Shown here: positions 52,042-59,976 of the stretch, one piece after another
How the letters are laid out: the number at the start of each line of letters is the position of its first letter
Numbering within the stretch: the first letter of the stretch is position 1
Assembly: GCA_043823085.1 (NCBI GenBank)
Contig: JBDRBE010000004.1
Span: 133,510-197,509 of the forward strand
Origin: Candidatus Levyibacteriota bacterium
Lineage (GTDB): Bacteria > Patescibacteriota > Microgenomatia > Levybacterales > UBA12049
Reading direction: 5' to 3'
DNA: 64,000 bases
Notes under the pieces: generated by a model
Database searches by the model: none
The model's input: the letters and a program-made list of their open reading frames with translations, nothing else
Told to the model about the DNA's origin: nothing
Position numbers and translations under genes: made by a program

Positions 52042-52118
52042 TTAGTGGAAAACTTTCGCAACGTGTTTTATATCAATTGTCATATCATAATTATATTCGC
52101 TTAAAGTTTAGTTCGTAA
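52042..52118 (-). pseudogene. Ghost copy of the gatC promoter and first codons
   Basis: TTACGA-17 nt-TATAAT-6 nt-ATG encoding MTIDIKHVAKVFH*; 15-bp exact repeat 52054-52068 = 51596-51610. Confidence 0.75.
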
Positions 52119-52143
52119 GGTGAAAATATGCTATAATCACATC

Positions 52144-53220
52144 ATGAGCAAACTTCAAATTGGAATCATTTCATGCGGGGGAACAATTGTGATGGAAAAA
52201 GGGATAAAAGGTGCCCTTGAGCCAAAGAAGAAAATTAAAGACGTTTTGGATACAGTAAACTTAGCTGAATTAAAAAAAGAAATATCTATTCTCCCTGAAA
52301 ATTGTATAGAATTATTTATACTTGATAGCTCAAATCTTAATCAATCTCATTGGGTTAGAATTATCGACGCGGTTAGAAACTTGCAAAACAAATGCGACGG
52401 TATTCTTATATTTCACGGAACCGATACAATGGCTTATTCAGCAACTGCTGTTGGACTTGCACTATGCCAAAAATTGAAAGTTTCAGTTGTTTTTACCGGC
52501 AGCCAAAAGCCAATCGGAGAGCTTGGCAGCGATGCCATTTCCAACGTCGAGCGTTCAATGCTGGTTCTTAAAGAGGCTGTAACAGAGGGGGTTTTAGAAA
52601 GCATGGTTTTCTTTGATGACCAAGCTTTTAGAAGCGTTAATACTAGAAAAAGAAGCGAATCTGAATTTGCAGCTTTTGAAAGCCCAAATTACAGACCGCT
52701 TTTTACAGTTGACGGCATGGGAGTAAAAATTGGTATCTTGGGAAGAAAATTGGAAGATATTAAAAATTCAAAAAATAAAATAAAAGTTGAACTTAAAAAC
52801 GCTTTTGCAAACGGGATTATCCCTTTGTCTGTTGTTCCCGGACTTGAGCCTGGAGCGCTTGAGGCGATAGCAGAAAAAGATTTTTGCAGAGTTCTTATTT
52901 TAAACTCTTTTGGGGTTGGTAATGTGCCGTCAGAAGGTAAATATAGTGTTGTAAACGCAATTGATAAAATAGTGCATAAATTAAAAAAAATTGTAATTGT
53001 AACTTCTCCTTTTGTAGGCGGTAATGTAGACATGAATGTTTATTTACCGGGAAAATTAGCTATGGAGGCAGGGGCGATAGATGCAGGAAGTATGACCGCT
53101 GAAGCGGCTCTTGTAAAAACCCGATTGCTTCTTGCTCATCCAGAGTTTGGAATATCAGTACCTGAATTTAAAAAAGCATTGCTTGCGAATTTTGCAGGAG
53201 AAAACCCATCGGTCCTATAG
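52144..53220 (+). CDS. ansA: L-asparaginase type I family protein
   Basis: CGGTI, HGTDTMAY, TGSQKP, SDA..N, AFESPN, SFGVGNVP, MTAEAA; start at ATG 52144. Confidence 0.85.
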   Translation: MSKLQIGIISCGGTIVMEKGIKGALEPKKKIKDVLDTVNLAELKKEISILPENCIELFILDSSNLNQSHWVRIIDAVRNLQNKCDGILIFHGTDTMAYSATAVGLALCQKLKVSVVFTGSQKPIGELGSDAISNVERSMLVLKEAVTEGVLESMVFFDDQAFRSVNTRKRSESEFAAFESPNYRPLFTVDGMGVKIGILGRKLEDIKNSKNKIKVELKNAFANGIIPLSVVPGLEPGALEAIAEKDFCRVLILNSFGVGNVPSEGKYSVVNAIDKIVHKLKKIVIVTSPFVGGNVDMNVYLPGKLAMEAGAIDAGSMTAEAALVKTRLLLAHPEFGISVPEFKKALLANFAGENPSVL

Positions 53221-53222
53221 AA

Positions 53223-53978
53223 TTACTCATTTTTTATTCTTTTAATTATAAAATCGCGGGCTTGGAGTTCGAGTGAGTCGTCGAGGTCAGAAAGAGGGAT
53301 TTCTTTTTTGTATTTTTTTTCGAGCGCCAGTTTTATTAAATAGTCTGTGAATTCGGGGTTTTTGGGGAGAATCGGACCGTGAAGGTATGTTCCAAAACTA
53401 TTTTTGTAAACAGCGCCCTCGGTTTTATCAATTCCATTATTTCCAAATCCGGAAATAACTTTGCCAAAAGGCCTTACGTTTTTCCCAAGATAAGTTCTTC
53501 CGCCATGATTTTCGAAACCAACCAACTGGCTTATGGCGCATGGTTTGTGGCTAATAGTTTTTTTGCTATTCACGATATGCCATGTGTTATCTGCTTGGAT
53601 AATGATATTGCCAATCAATCGTTTATAATCGCTTCCTGGGTTTTCGGTGTAAAGGTCGAGGATGCCAAGGCCGGGAATTATTTTTCCGTCTGCTTCTTTA
53701 TAATATTTTCCCAAAAATTGATATGCGCCGCAGATGTAAAGCCCTGGAATTTTATCTTCAATAGCTTCTGATAGCGCTTTTATTTTTTCTCGAGATAGAT
53801 CTTTGCCGACAATCTGCTGTTGTTTATCTTGCGCGCCGCCCATAAATAGCAGGTTGCACGTAGCTAATAGCTTGTGGTCAAAACCGACATCAAGATGTTT
53901 AATTTCAACTTCAATTTCCCGCCACAGACAGCGTTTCTGCAAAACAATAATATTTCCTCTGTCGCCGTAGGTATTCAT
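53223..53978 (-). CDS. gatD: CobQ-like glutamine amidotransferase (lipid II isoglutaminyl synthase subunit); natural start appears frameshifted
   Basis: MNTYGDRGN, GGAQD, ICGAYQ, GFENHGG, YLHGPILPKNP; conserved LTIGWLYPEL lies upstream of this ATG in frame. Confidence 0.9.
   Translation of the reverse strand: MNTYGDRGNIIVLQKRCLWREIEVEIKHLDVGFDHKLLATCNLLFMGGAQDKQQQIVGKDLSREKIKALSEAIEDKIPGLYICGAYQFLGKYYKEADGKIIPGLGILDLYTENPGSDYKRLIGNIIIQADNTWHIVNSKKTISHKPCAISQLVGFENHGGRTYLGKNVRPFGKVISGFGNNGIDKTEGAVYKNSFGTYLHGPILPKNPEFTDYLIKLALEKKYKKEIPLSDLDDSLELQARDFIIKRIKNE
53526..53586 (-). repeat. In-frame heptamer-derived insert in gatD
   Basis: Plus strand CTGGCTT ATGGCGC ATGGTTT GTGGCTA ATAGTTT then an inverted degenerate tract; encodes TWHIVNSKKTISHKPCAISQ. 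Confidence 0.7.
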
Positions 53979-54008
53979 GAGTTCGGGGTATAACCAACCG
54001 ATAGTTAG

Positions 54009-54029
54009 CGTATGGCGTATGGCGTATGG
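54009..54029 (-). repeat. Perfect (CCATACG)x3 at the gatD start
   Basis: Plus strand CGTATGG at 54009, 54016 and 54023. Confidence 0.95.
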
Positions 54030-54030
54030 T

Positions 54031-55440
54031 TCATAGTATTTTACGTCCTGTTAATATTTTTCTAACTTCTAACATGGCTGAATAAGTCGGCAGAATATAA
54101 AGTGTTTCTGATTTTGGAGTATTAGTCAATGCGGAAGAAATTGCATTTCTTAAGTCTGACTCAATTTTTAATTTGAAATTTTTAATTTTCATTGAATCAT
54201 TCATTTGAAATTTGGAATTTGGAATTTGGAATTCATTGAAAGTATATTTAATGCGTAGTCCCATATCGTAGCATCTGTCTCCCGAAACAGTAATTGTTTT
54301 AAAATCATTAATAGCGCTTTCAATGTCCGTGTCCCATATCCACGATACATCTCTGCCGTCGGGAATTCTATCATTTAAAACAAAAAGCAAATTTTTCCTG
54401 CCCGCAACGCCTCGCAACGCTCGGCTTACATGGCGGGCGGGTCCTCCAAGTTCTATAACAGTTTTTAACGATTCGTTAAAACTCGTCGGATTTTTGGAGA
54501 GAAAAATTCTAACTTTCTTCCCATCAATATTAATTGTTTCCTGTCTGCCAAAGGCGGGGGTGAAATTCTGTAAAGCAGAATTAATTACTTTATTATCGAT
54601 ATTAATTCTCTTTGCCAAAAGAATTGCCGCGCGAGTGTTGTATTTATTATATATTCCGGAAAGAGGATAGAATTCAACTTTAAACATATCTGTTTTAGGT
54701 CTTTTGAAAGCGCATTGGTCGCATTTCCAGTCGCCAAGGTGAGAAAAATAAACCTTATTAAATTGGAGTTTATTGCTACAAGAAGGACAGTAAACAGAAT
54801 CGGAGGCGTGTTGATGCGTAGAAGCGTCACTGCTGTTTTTTTCAATTCCGAAATATTTTGTAGTTGCTTTGACGTCTTTTCCCAAAAATGCAATTAGCGG
54901 GTCGTCGGCATTTAATATTAATGTTGTATTTTTGGAAAGTGTGGCTAAAGATTCCTTCCATTTTTTGGCAATTGAGTCAATTTCCCCATATCTGTCTAGC
55001 TGATCGCGAAAAAGATTAAGCAGAATAATGTAATCGGGAATCAGTTCACTGATTGCAGATGGCAATGTGTTTTCATCAACTTCAAAAATTGCATAGTCAT
55101 AATTTAATTCGCAAAGTATGCTGCTATGTAGCAACATACTTGATGCAATGCCGTTTAATAAATTTGCGCCTGATTGGTTTTGAAAAACCCGCCAGTGGGC
55201 GGGCAGGCTTTTTTCGTGATATTCAAGAATGGTTTTGATAAGTTTACCAGTTGTAGTTTTTCCGTTCGTTCCGGCAATTAAAACAGTCTTTACGTTTGAA
55301 TTTTTTAAAATGTCTTTAATAAAATTTTTGTTAAGTATTAACGCGATGTGTCCGGGCCAGGTTGAACCGGAACCAAGATTCAACGCATTGCTTATTTTAG
55401 AAAGTAGTTTGCCAATTATAATCAATAATATGTTAAGCAT
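54031..55440 (-). CDS. murT: Mur-ligase-like lipid II isoglutaminyl synthase subunit (DUF1727)
   Basis: GSTWPG, GTNGKTTT, GANLLNG, EVDE, NLFRDQLDRYGE, CxxC...CxxC, KNPT, DGRDVSWIWD, TYSAMLEVR. Confidence 0.93.
   Translation of the reverse strand: MLNILLIIIGKLLSKISNALNLGSGSTWPGHIALILNKNFIKDILKNSNVKTVLIAGTNGKTTTGKLIKTILEYHEKSLPAHWRVFQNQSGANLLNGIASSMLLHSSILCELNYDYAIFEVDENTLPSAISELIPDYIILLNLFRDQLDRYGEIDSIAKKWKESLATLSKNTTLILNADDPLIAFLGKDVKATTKYFGIEKNSSDASTHQHASDSVYCPSCSNKLQFNKVYFSHLGDWKCDQCAFKRPKTDMFKVEFYPLSGIYNKYNTRAAILLAKRINIDNKVINSALQNFTPAFGRQETINIDGKKVRIFLSKNPTSFNESLKTVIELGGPARHVSRALRGVAGRKNLLFVLNDRIPDGRDVSWIWDTDIESAINDFKTITVSGDRCYDMGLRIKYTFNEFQIPNSKFQMNDSMKIKNFKLKIESDLRNAISSALTNTPKSETLYILPTYSAMLEVRKILTGRKIL
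54161..54240 (-). repeat. In-frame composite heptamer element in murT
   Basis: Plus strand (TTTGGAA)x3 at 54211-54231 plus a TTTTTAA/TTTGAAA tract; encodes FNEFQIPNSKFQMNDSMKIKNFKLKIE. Confidence 0.85.
54397..54441. repeat. 45-bp GC-rich palindromic insert in frame in murT
   Basis: CCTGCCCGC...GCGGGCGGG arms; encodes PARHVSRALRGVAGR. Confidence 0.85.
55188..55208. repeat. Short GC-rich palindrome in frame in murT
   Basis: CCCGCC AGTG GGCGGG CAGGC; encodes SLPAHWRV. Confidence 0.75.
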
Positions 55441-55468
55441 TTTTATATTATACCGCAATTTGGAATTC

Positions 55469-55584
55469 TTGAAGTTGGATGTGGGATTTTCTTGAATTTG
55501 AATTTTTGATTTTTTGAATCATTGACGTCAAAAGATCAAAATATCTAGCAATCAATATCAAGAATTTCTCATCTCTATCTTCAA
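55469..55584. repeat. Long imperfect inverted repeat with heptamer character between htpX and murT
   Basis: TTGAAG...TTCTTGA (55469-55495) pairs with TCAAGAA...CTTCAA (55558-55584); inner TTTTTGATTTTTTGA/TCAAAAGATCAAAA. Confidence 0.65.
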
Positions 55585-55589
55585 AAATA

Positions 55590-56483
55590 TCACATCGAGC
55601 GTAGTATTTTTATTCGTTCCTCAATTGGGGGGTGAGTGTTAAAAAGCCCAGAAAACCAGTTCCCTGTTTTTTTCCCTTTAAAGGGGCTTGCGATATAAAG
55701 ATGAGCAGTTGCGTTATTTGCAGCTTCCAGAGGTTCTTTGTCTCTGCTGATTTTTTCAAGCGCCGAAGCCAAACCTTCAGGATATCTTGTTAATAAAGCT
55801 CCCGATGCGTCGGCGAGATATTCCCGTTTTCTTGAAACTGCAAGTTGAATTAAAGTTGCGATGATTGGAGAAAGAATGGCAAATGCAACGCCTACTAACA
55901 GAAAAATACCTTGTGCGTTTCCTTGGCGGTCATTACTTCTTCTTCCAAACCAAAGACTACGCATAAAAAAGTCAGCCATTAAAGCAACAAGACCGACCAG
56001 TATAACAATTACGGCCATTAATCGAATATCATAATTTTTAATATGTGATAGTTCGTGGGCAACAACTCCCTCCAGCTCAATTTTATTCAATTTTTCTAAA
56101 ATTCCCGTTGTTGCGCAGATGACCGCATGTTTTGGATCGCGTCCCGTTGCAAAAGCATTGGGAGCGGAATCTTTTATCAAATAAATTTTTGGCATTTTTA
56201 AACCGCTTCCAATACATAAATTCTCAACAATCCTAAAAAATTGCGGATTATCTTTTTTCTGAATTTGTCTTGCATTGGACATGGCAAGAATTACTTTATC
56301 GGAGTAATAATAACTGCCAAAACTCATTAGGCCTGAAAAAATAAGCGCAAATCCGACAATTGATAAACCAGAACCCGAAGCCTTGCCATACACATAAACA
56401 ATCGTGGTGATAAAGACAATAAAAAATATCATTATCAACCATGTTCTTATTTTATTGGAACTTATTTGAGAATAGATGTTCAT
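55590..56483 (-). CDS. htpX: M48 zinc metalloprotease HtpX
   Basis: PNAFATG, HELSH (HExxH), SRKREYLAD, THPP. Confidence 0.94.
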   Translation of the reverse strand: MNIYSQISSNKIRTWLIMIFFIVFITTIVYVYGKASGSGLSIVGFALIFSGLMSFGSYYYSDKVILAMSNARQIQKKDNPQFFRIVENLCIGSGLKMPKIYLIKDSAPNAFATGRDPKHAVICATTGILEKLNKIELEGVVAHELSHIKNYDIRLMAVIVILVGLVALMADFFMRSLWFGRRSNDRQGNAQGIFLLVGVAFAILSPIIATLIQLAVSRKREYLADASGALLTRYPEGLASALEKISRDKEPLEAANNATAHLYIASPFKGKKTGNWFSGLFNTHPPIEERIKILRSM

Positions 56484-56489
56484 TAAGAA

Positions 56490-57044
56490 TTAAAATTTCA
56501 CCTTCACCGGTTTTTTTTCTTCGTCTGACGTCTGGAAAAATTCTTCTTGTTTAAATCCAAACATCTTTCCAAAAAAACCGCTCGGGAAATTAACTAAAGT
56601 TGTGTTATAGTCTCTGACATTTGTGTTATAAAATTGTCTGGAATACGCAATTTTATCTTCCGTATCGGTAAGCTCGTCTTGCAATTTTGAAAAATTTTGG
56701 CTTGCCTTTAAATCGGGATAGTTTTCAGAGATAGCAAAAAGACTTTTTAAGGCACCGGTCAACATATTATTTGACTCTGCTTTTTCTCCTGGAGTTTTTG
56801 CGCCCATCAGTTCGCTTCTTGCTTTTGAAACATTTTCAAAGATTGATTTTTCGTGTTTTGCGTATCCTTTAACGGTTTCTATAAGATTCGGAATAAGATC
56901 CACGCGTCTTTTTAACTGAACATCAATTCCGCTAAACGCTTCTCGAATCCGAACTTTAGCTGTTGCAAGACTGTTATAAATAGACCATACATAAAGAGCT
57001 AAAATTACTACAAATGCGATTATTATCATTGTTGAAATTTCCAT
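56490..57044 (-). CDS. lemA: LemA family protein
   Basis: IDVQLKRRVDLIPNL, ENYPDLKA, TEDKIAYSRQFYN. Confidence 0.96.
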   Translation of the reverse strand: MEISTMIIIAFVVILALYVWSIYNSLATAKVRIREAFSGIDVQLKRRVDLIPNLIETVKGYAKHEKSIFENVSKARSELMGAKTPGEKAESNNMLTGALKSLFAISENYPDLKASQNFSKLQDELTDTEDKIAYSRQFYNTNVRDYNTTLVNFPSGFFGKMFGFKQEEFFQTSDEEKKPVKVKF

Positions 57045-57065
57045 TTCTAAATCACCCCCTTCCTC

Positions 57066-58832
57066 TTAATTTTTTAACCATTTAATAAATTCATTATACT
57101 CCAGCGTATTTAAAATGTCACTTTTTTTTGCCCATCCGCGGCGTGCAACAGATACACCGTATTTCATTAAATCCATTTGAGAAACTCTGTGGCTGTCTGT
57201 GTTTATAATCATTTTTATTCCTTTATCAACAGCTTGCCTAACAAGAACATCAGGAAGATCTAGTCTGTATGGCCAGGCATTAATTTCCAGAGCTATTTTT
57301 CTTTTTTTGCAAAATTCAAAAATTGTTTCCCAATCAAGTTGGATTTCCGGACGCTGATTAATAAGTCTTCCAGTTGGGTGGGCTAATATTTTTACTTTTG
57401 AATTAGATAAACCTTTAATAACTCTTTTTGTCATGTCGCTTTTGCTTAGGGTAAAAGAGCTGTGAATAGCGACAATCATTCCTTCAAGGTAGTCAATGCA
57501 GTTATCATCAATTGATAGTTCTCCATTGGCTAAAATATCTACTTCAAGTAAATTTATTGCTCGAATATATTTTTTACTCGAATTAATTTGTTCAATTTTT
57601 GATTTACGCTTCGCTAAAATAGAACAAATTGACTTTTTTGTGTGTTTTGAAACACTTGGATTATGTTCTGAAAAACCAAGATAGCTGTAGCCCAGTTCTT
57701 TGGCTTTTTTAAGCATTTCTTCCATTGAATTAAGGCCTAGATCATGACTTGGTTCAATGGGAAAGTTAGAATGGACATGTAAATCGCCTTTGATATCGGG
57801 AAGTTCTACTATATTTGGCAGTTTGTGAGAAAGCGATAACTCGATTTCACCTGTATCTTCTCTTAATTCCGGCGGAATCCAATCCATTCCAAGTGCTTTA
57901 TAAAACTTTTCTTCAGAATCAAAATTTTGGATTTTCACTCCTTCATTTTTTTTCTTTATTCCATATTCTGAAAGAGATAGTCCTTTTTTTAAGGCTTGTT
58001 CGCGAAGGTGAATATTGTGATTTTTGCTTCCTGTAAAGTGTTGCAGGAGAGAACCAAAGCTTTCAGGCGGTTGAGTCATAAGATCGACTTGTTTGCCGCC
58101 GGAAACCAGAATTGAGGCTGTTGCAGGGCCTTTTTCGATAATTCTATCCTTATAGGGATAGCTAACAAAGTGGGCAATAACTTCAGCAGGTTTTTTAGTT
58201 GAAACAGCAATATCAATATCACCAACTGTTTCAACCATCCTGCGCAGGCTGCCCAGAGGGTAAGCTTCGATGACGTCTTTTGAAGTTTTTAGATGGTCGA
58301 CAATTTTCTCTGCAATTTCGAAAGCATAAGGCAGGGTCATTCTGCTCTTTTTTTGCTTACCCATTTCATACTCATTTATTGCTTGCAAAATATCTTCCTG
58401 GGACTTTTCGCCAAAGCCTTCGAGACTGGCAATTTTACCTTTGACGGCAATCTTTTTAAGATCTTCGATAACAGTATTTTCATTGTTCAAAGAGAATTCT
58501 TTCACTAATTTATATGCTTTTTTGGGCCCAAAAGACGGGATGTCAAGAAGTGGAAAAATAGATTTGGGAATCCCGGAAAAAACCCAATTAAAATGTTTAA
58601 CTTTGCCCGTTTTAAACAGCTCTTCAAGATGAGATTTAATGGAAGTGCCTATCCCAGGTAGCAAATCAAGTTTATTTTCTTTAAATAGGTCTTTTAATTC
58701 GGAATTTGAGCCCTCTACCGCGTCTGCAGCTCTTTGATAAGCAATTATTTGAAAACGAAATTTTTTCTCATCTTTAATCGTGTAGGCGGCGGCAACATTA
58801 CGAAATAGTTTAGCTATTTGAGAGTTTGACAC
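57066..58832 (-). CDS. polX: DNA polymerase X with PHP domain
   Basis: AYQRAA, GSLRR..TVGDIDI, HFTGSKNHN, GDLHVHS, HPTGR, NTDSH. Confidence 0.95.
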   Translation of the reverse strand: MSNSQIAKLFRNVAAAYTIKDEKKFRFQIIAYQRAADAVEGSNSELKDLFKENKLDLLPGIGTSIKSHLEELFKTGKVKHFNWVFSGIPKSIFPLLDIPSFGPKKAYKLVKEFSLNNENTVIEDLKKIAVKGKIASLEGFGEKSQEDILQAINEYEMGKQKKSRMTLPYAFEIAEKIVDHLKTSKDVIEAYPLGSLRRMVETVGDIDIAVSTKKPAEVIAHFVSYPYKDRIIEKGPATASILVSGGKQVDLMTQPPESFGSLLQHFTGSKNHNIHLREQALKKGLSLSEYGIKKKNEGVKIQNFDSEEKFYKALGMDWIPPELREDTGEIELSLSHKLPNIVELPDIKGDLHVHSNFPIEPSHDLGLNSMEEMLKKAKELGYSYLGFSEHNPSVSKHTKKSICSILAKRKSKIEQINSSKKYIRAINLLEVDILANGELSIDDNCIDYLEGMIVAIHSSFTLSKSDMTKRVIKGLSNSKVKILAHPTGRLINQRPEIQLDWETIFEFCKKRKIALEINAWPYRLDLPDVLVRQAVDKGIKMIINTDSHRVSQMDLMKYGVSVARRGWAKKSDILNTLEYNEFIKWLKN

Positions 58833-58848
58833 ACATAAATCATATCAG

Positions 58849-58902
58849 AGCATTGATGTTTCGACAAGACTCTATCAATGCTGAGTGTAATCGAAGCATT
58901 GA
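58849..58902. repeat. REP-like palindromic repeat
   Basis: AGCATTGAT (58849-58857)/ATCAATGCT (58874-58882)/AGCATTGA (58895-58902), with loops containing TTCGACAAGACTC and GAGTGTAATCGA. Confidence 0.7.
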
Positions 58903-58927
58903 CTACATTTCAATAATTTGTTAGGAT
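58899..58927 (+). promoter_or_regulatory. Promoter of the tRNA-Asp locus
   Basis: TTGACT-17 nt-TAGGAT with extended TGn. Confidence 0.65.
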
Positions 58928-58938
58928 ACATTAGCCTT

Positions 58939-59119
58939 GGGGTGGTAGCATTGAGATTAACGACGTCTCCCTGCTCGCCCGTCAAAATTTTGGGGTGGTA
59001 GCTCAGTTGGTTAGAGCGTCTCCCTGTCACGGAGAAGGTCGCGGGTTCGAGTCCCGTTCACCCCGCCAAAATTAGGCGGGTAAGAGAGAAGATCGCCCCG
59101 CTTAGCGGGGTCGAGCCCG
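58939..59119 (+). pseudogene. Degenerate tRNA-Asp split around the intact tRNA-Asp
   Basis: 5' half 58939-58973 (GGGGTGGTAGC...CGTCTCCCTG, same spacing as the intact gene); 3' half 59081-59119 (TAAGAGAGAAGATCGC...GGTCGAGCCCG). Confidence 0.75.
58992..59068 (+). tRNA. tRNA-Asp(GTC)
   Basis: GGGGTGG/TCACCCC acceptor, TCTCC-CT GTC AC-GGAGA anticodon arm, GCGGG TTCGAGT CCCGT T-arm, encoded CCA. Confidence 0.97.
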
Positions 59120-59167
59120 CCTGCAACAAATTTTTAGAATTTATTTTCTGCCTGGAAAGGAGGAAAA

Positions 59168-59797
59168 ATGCCAAGAAGAAAAACCTCTGCCCGAAAATTA
59201 GAAAAATTTGAATTAAAAGAAAACAGATTTCTAAAAAAATTTCAAATAAGTGAGTCCTATATAAGTTTAGTTTTAGGAATAATTGTGGTTGCGTTTATTT
59301 TTGTTGTTGTAATTTTATTCTTTAAAGGCAAAAATATTTTAAATTTTAGTCAACCAGCTCAAGAAACAAGCTCAACAAAAACACAGAACCTTTTGGAAAA
59401 TGGAAGTAGGTCGACATATACAGTTGTCAGCGGCGATACGCTTTGGAGCATTTCAGAAAAAGAATATAATTCGGGTTATAACTGGGTTGATATTGCAAAC
59501 GCAAATAAATTATCAAATCCAGATATTATTGAATCCGGAACAAAATTAATTATTCCAAAAGTGGAAACAAAACAGGTTGAGCCAAGCGCGACGCCAACTC
59601 CAACAAAAGCAATACAAATGTTTGTCATTGATTCAATTACGGGTTCATCCTATACAATAAAAACAGGTGATGACCTTTGGAATATTGCTGTTAGAGCATA
59701 CGGCGACGGATACGCGTGGGTAAAAATAGCGCAAGCAAATAAACTTGAAAATCCGGATTTAATTCATTCTGGAAACACATTAGTAATTCCGCGCTAA
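59168..59797 (+). CDS. Membrane-anchored protein with two LysM domains
   Basis: TM helix, YTVVSGDTLWSIS...NPDIIESG and YTIKTGDDLWNIA...NPDLIHSG; GGAGG RBS. Confidence 0.93.
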   Translation: MPRRKTSARKLEKFELKENRFLKKFQISESYISLVLGIIVVAFIFVVVILFFKGKNILNFSQPAQETSSTKTQNLLENGSRSTYTVVSGDTLWSISEKEYNSGYNWVDIANANKLSNPDIIESGTKLIIPKVETKQVEPSATPTPTKAIQMFVIDSITGSSYTIKTGDDLWNIAVRAYGDGYAWVKIAQANKLENPDLIHSGNTLVIPR

Positions 59798-59799
59798 AC

Positions 59800-59834
59800 T
59801 AGCGTTTAGTGAATAGCGTCTAGCGTTTAGTTTT
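59800..59834 (+). repeat. Intergenic TAGCGTT-type heptamer tract
   Basis: TAGCGTT TAGTGAA TAGCGTC TAGCGTT TAGTTTT. Confidence 0.75.
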
Positions 59835-59872
59835 GGTATTATAAAATAAGTTCACATTGAGCGAACTGAAAT

Positions 59873-59968
59873 GCGGGATTAGTACAATGGCAGTATGTCT
59901 CCTTCCTCCGCCAAAAGCTAAAGCATTCAGGCGGACCCATCAAAATGCGTAGCTTTTGTTGGGCAAGG
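59873..59968 (+). pseudogene. tRNA-Gly 5' remnant with a 57-nt double-hairpin insert in the anticodon
   Basis: GCGGGATTAGTACAATGGCAGTATGTCTCCTTCC | insert 59907-59963 | CAAGG; removing the insert gives TGTCTCCTTCCCAAGG as in the intact tRNA-Gly. Confidence 0.8.
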
Positions 59969-59976
59969 TTAATAAA

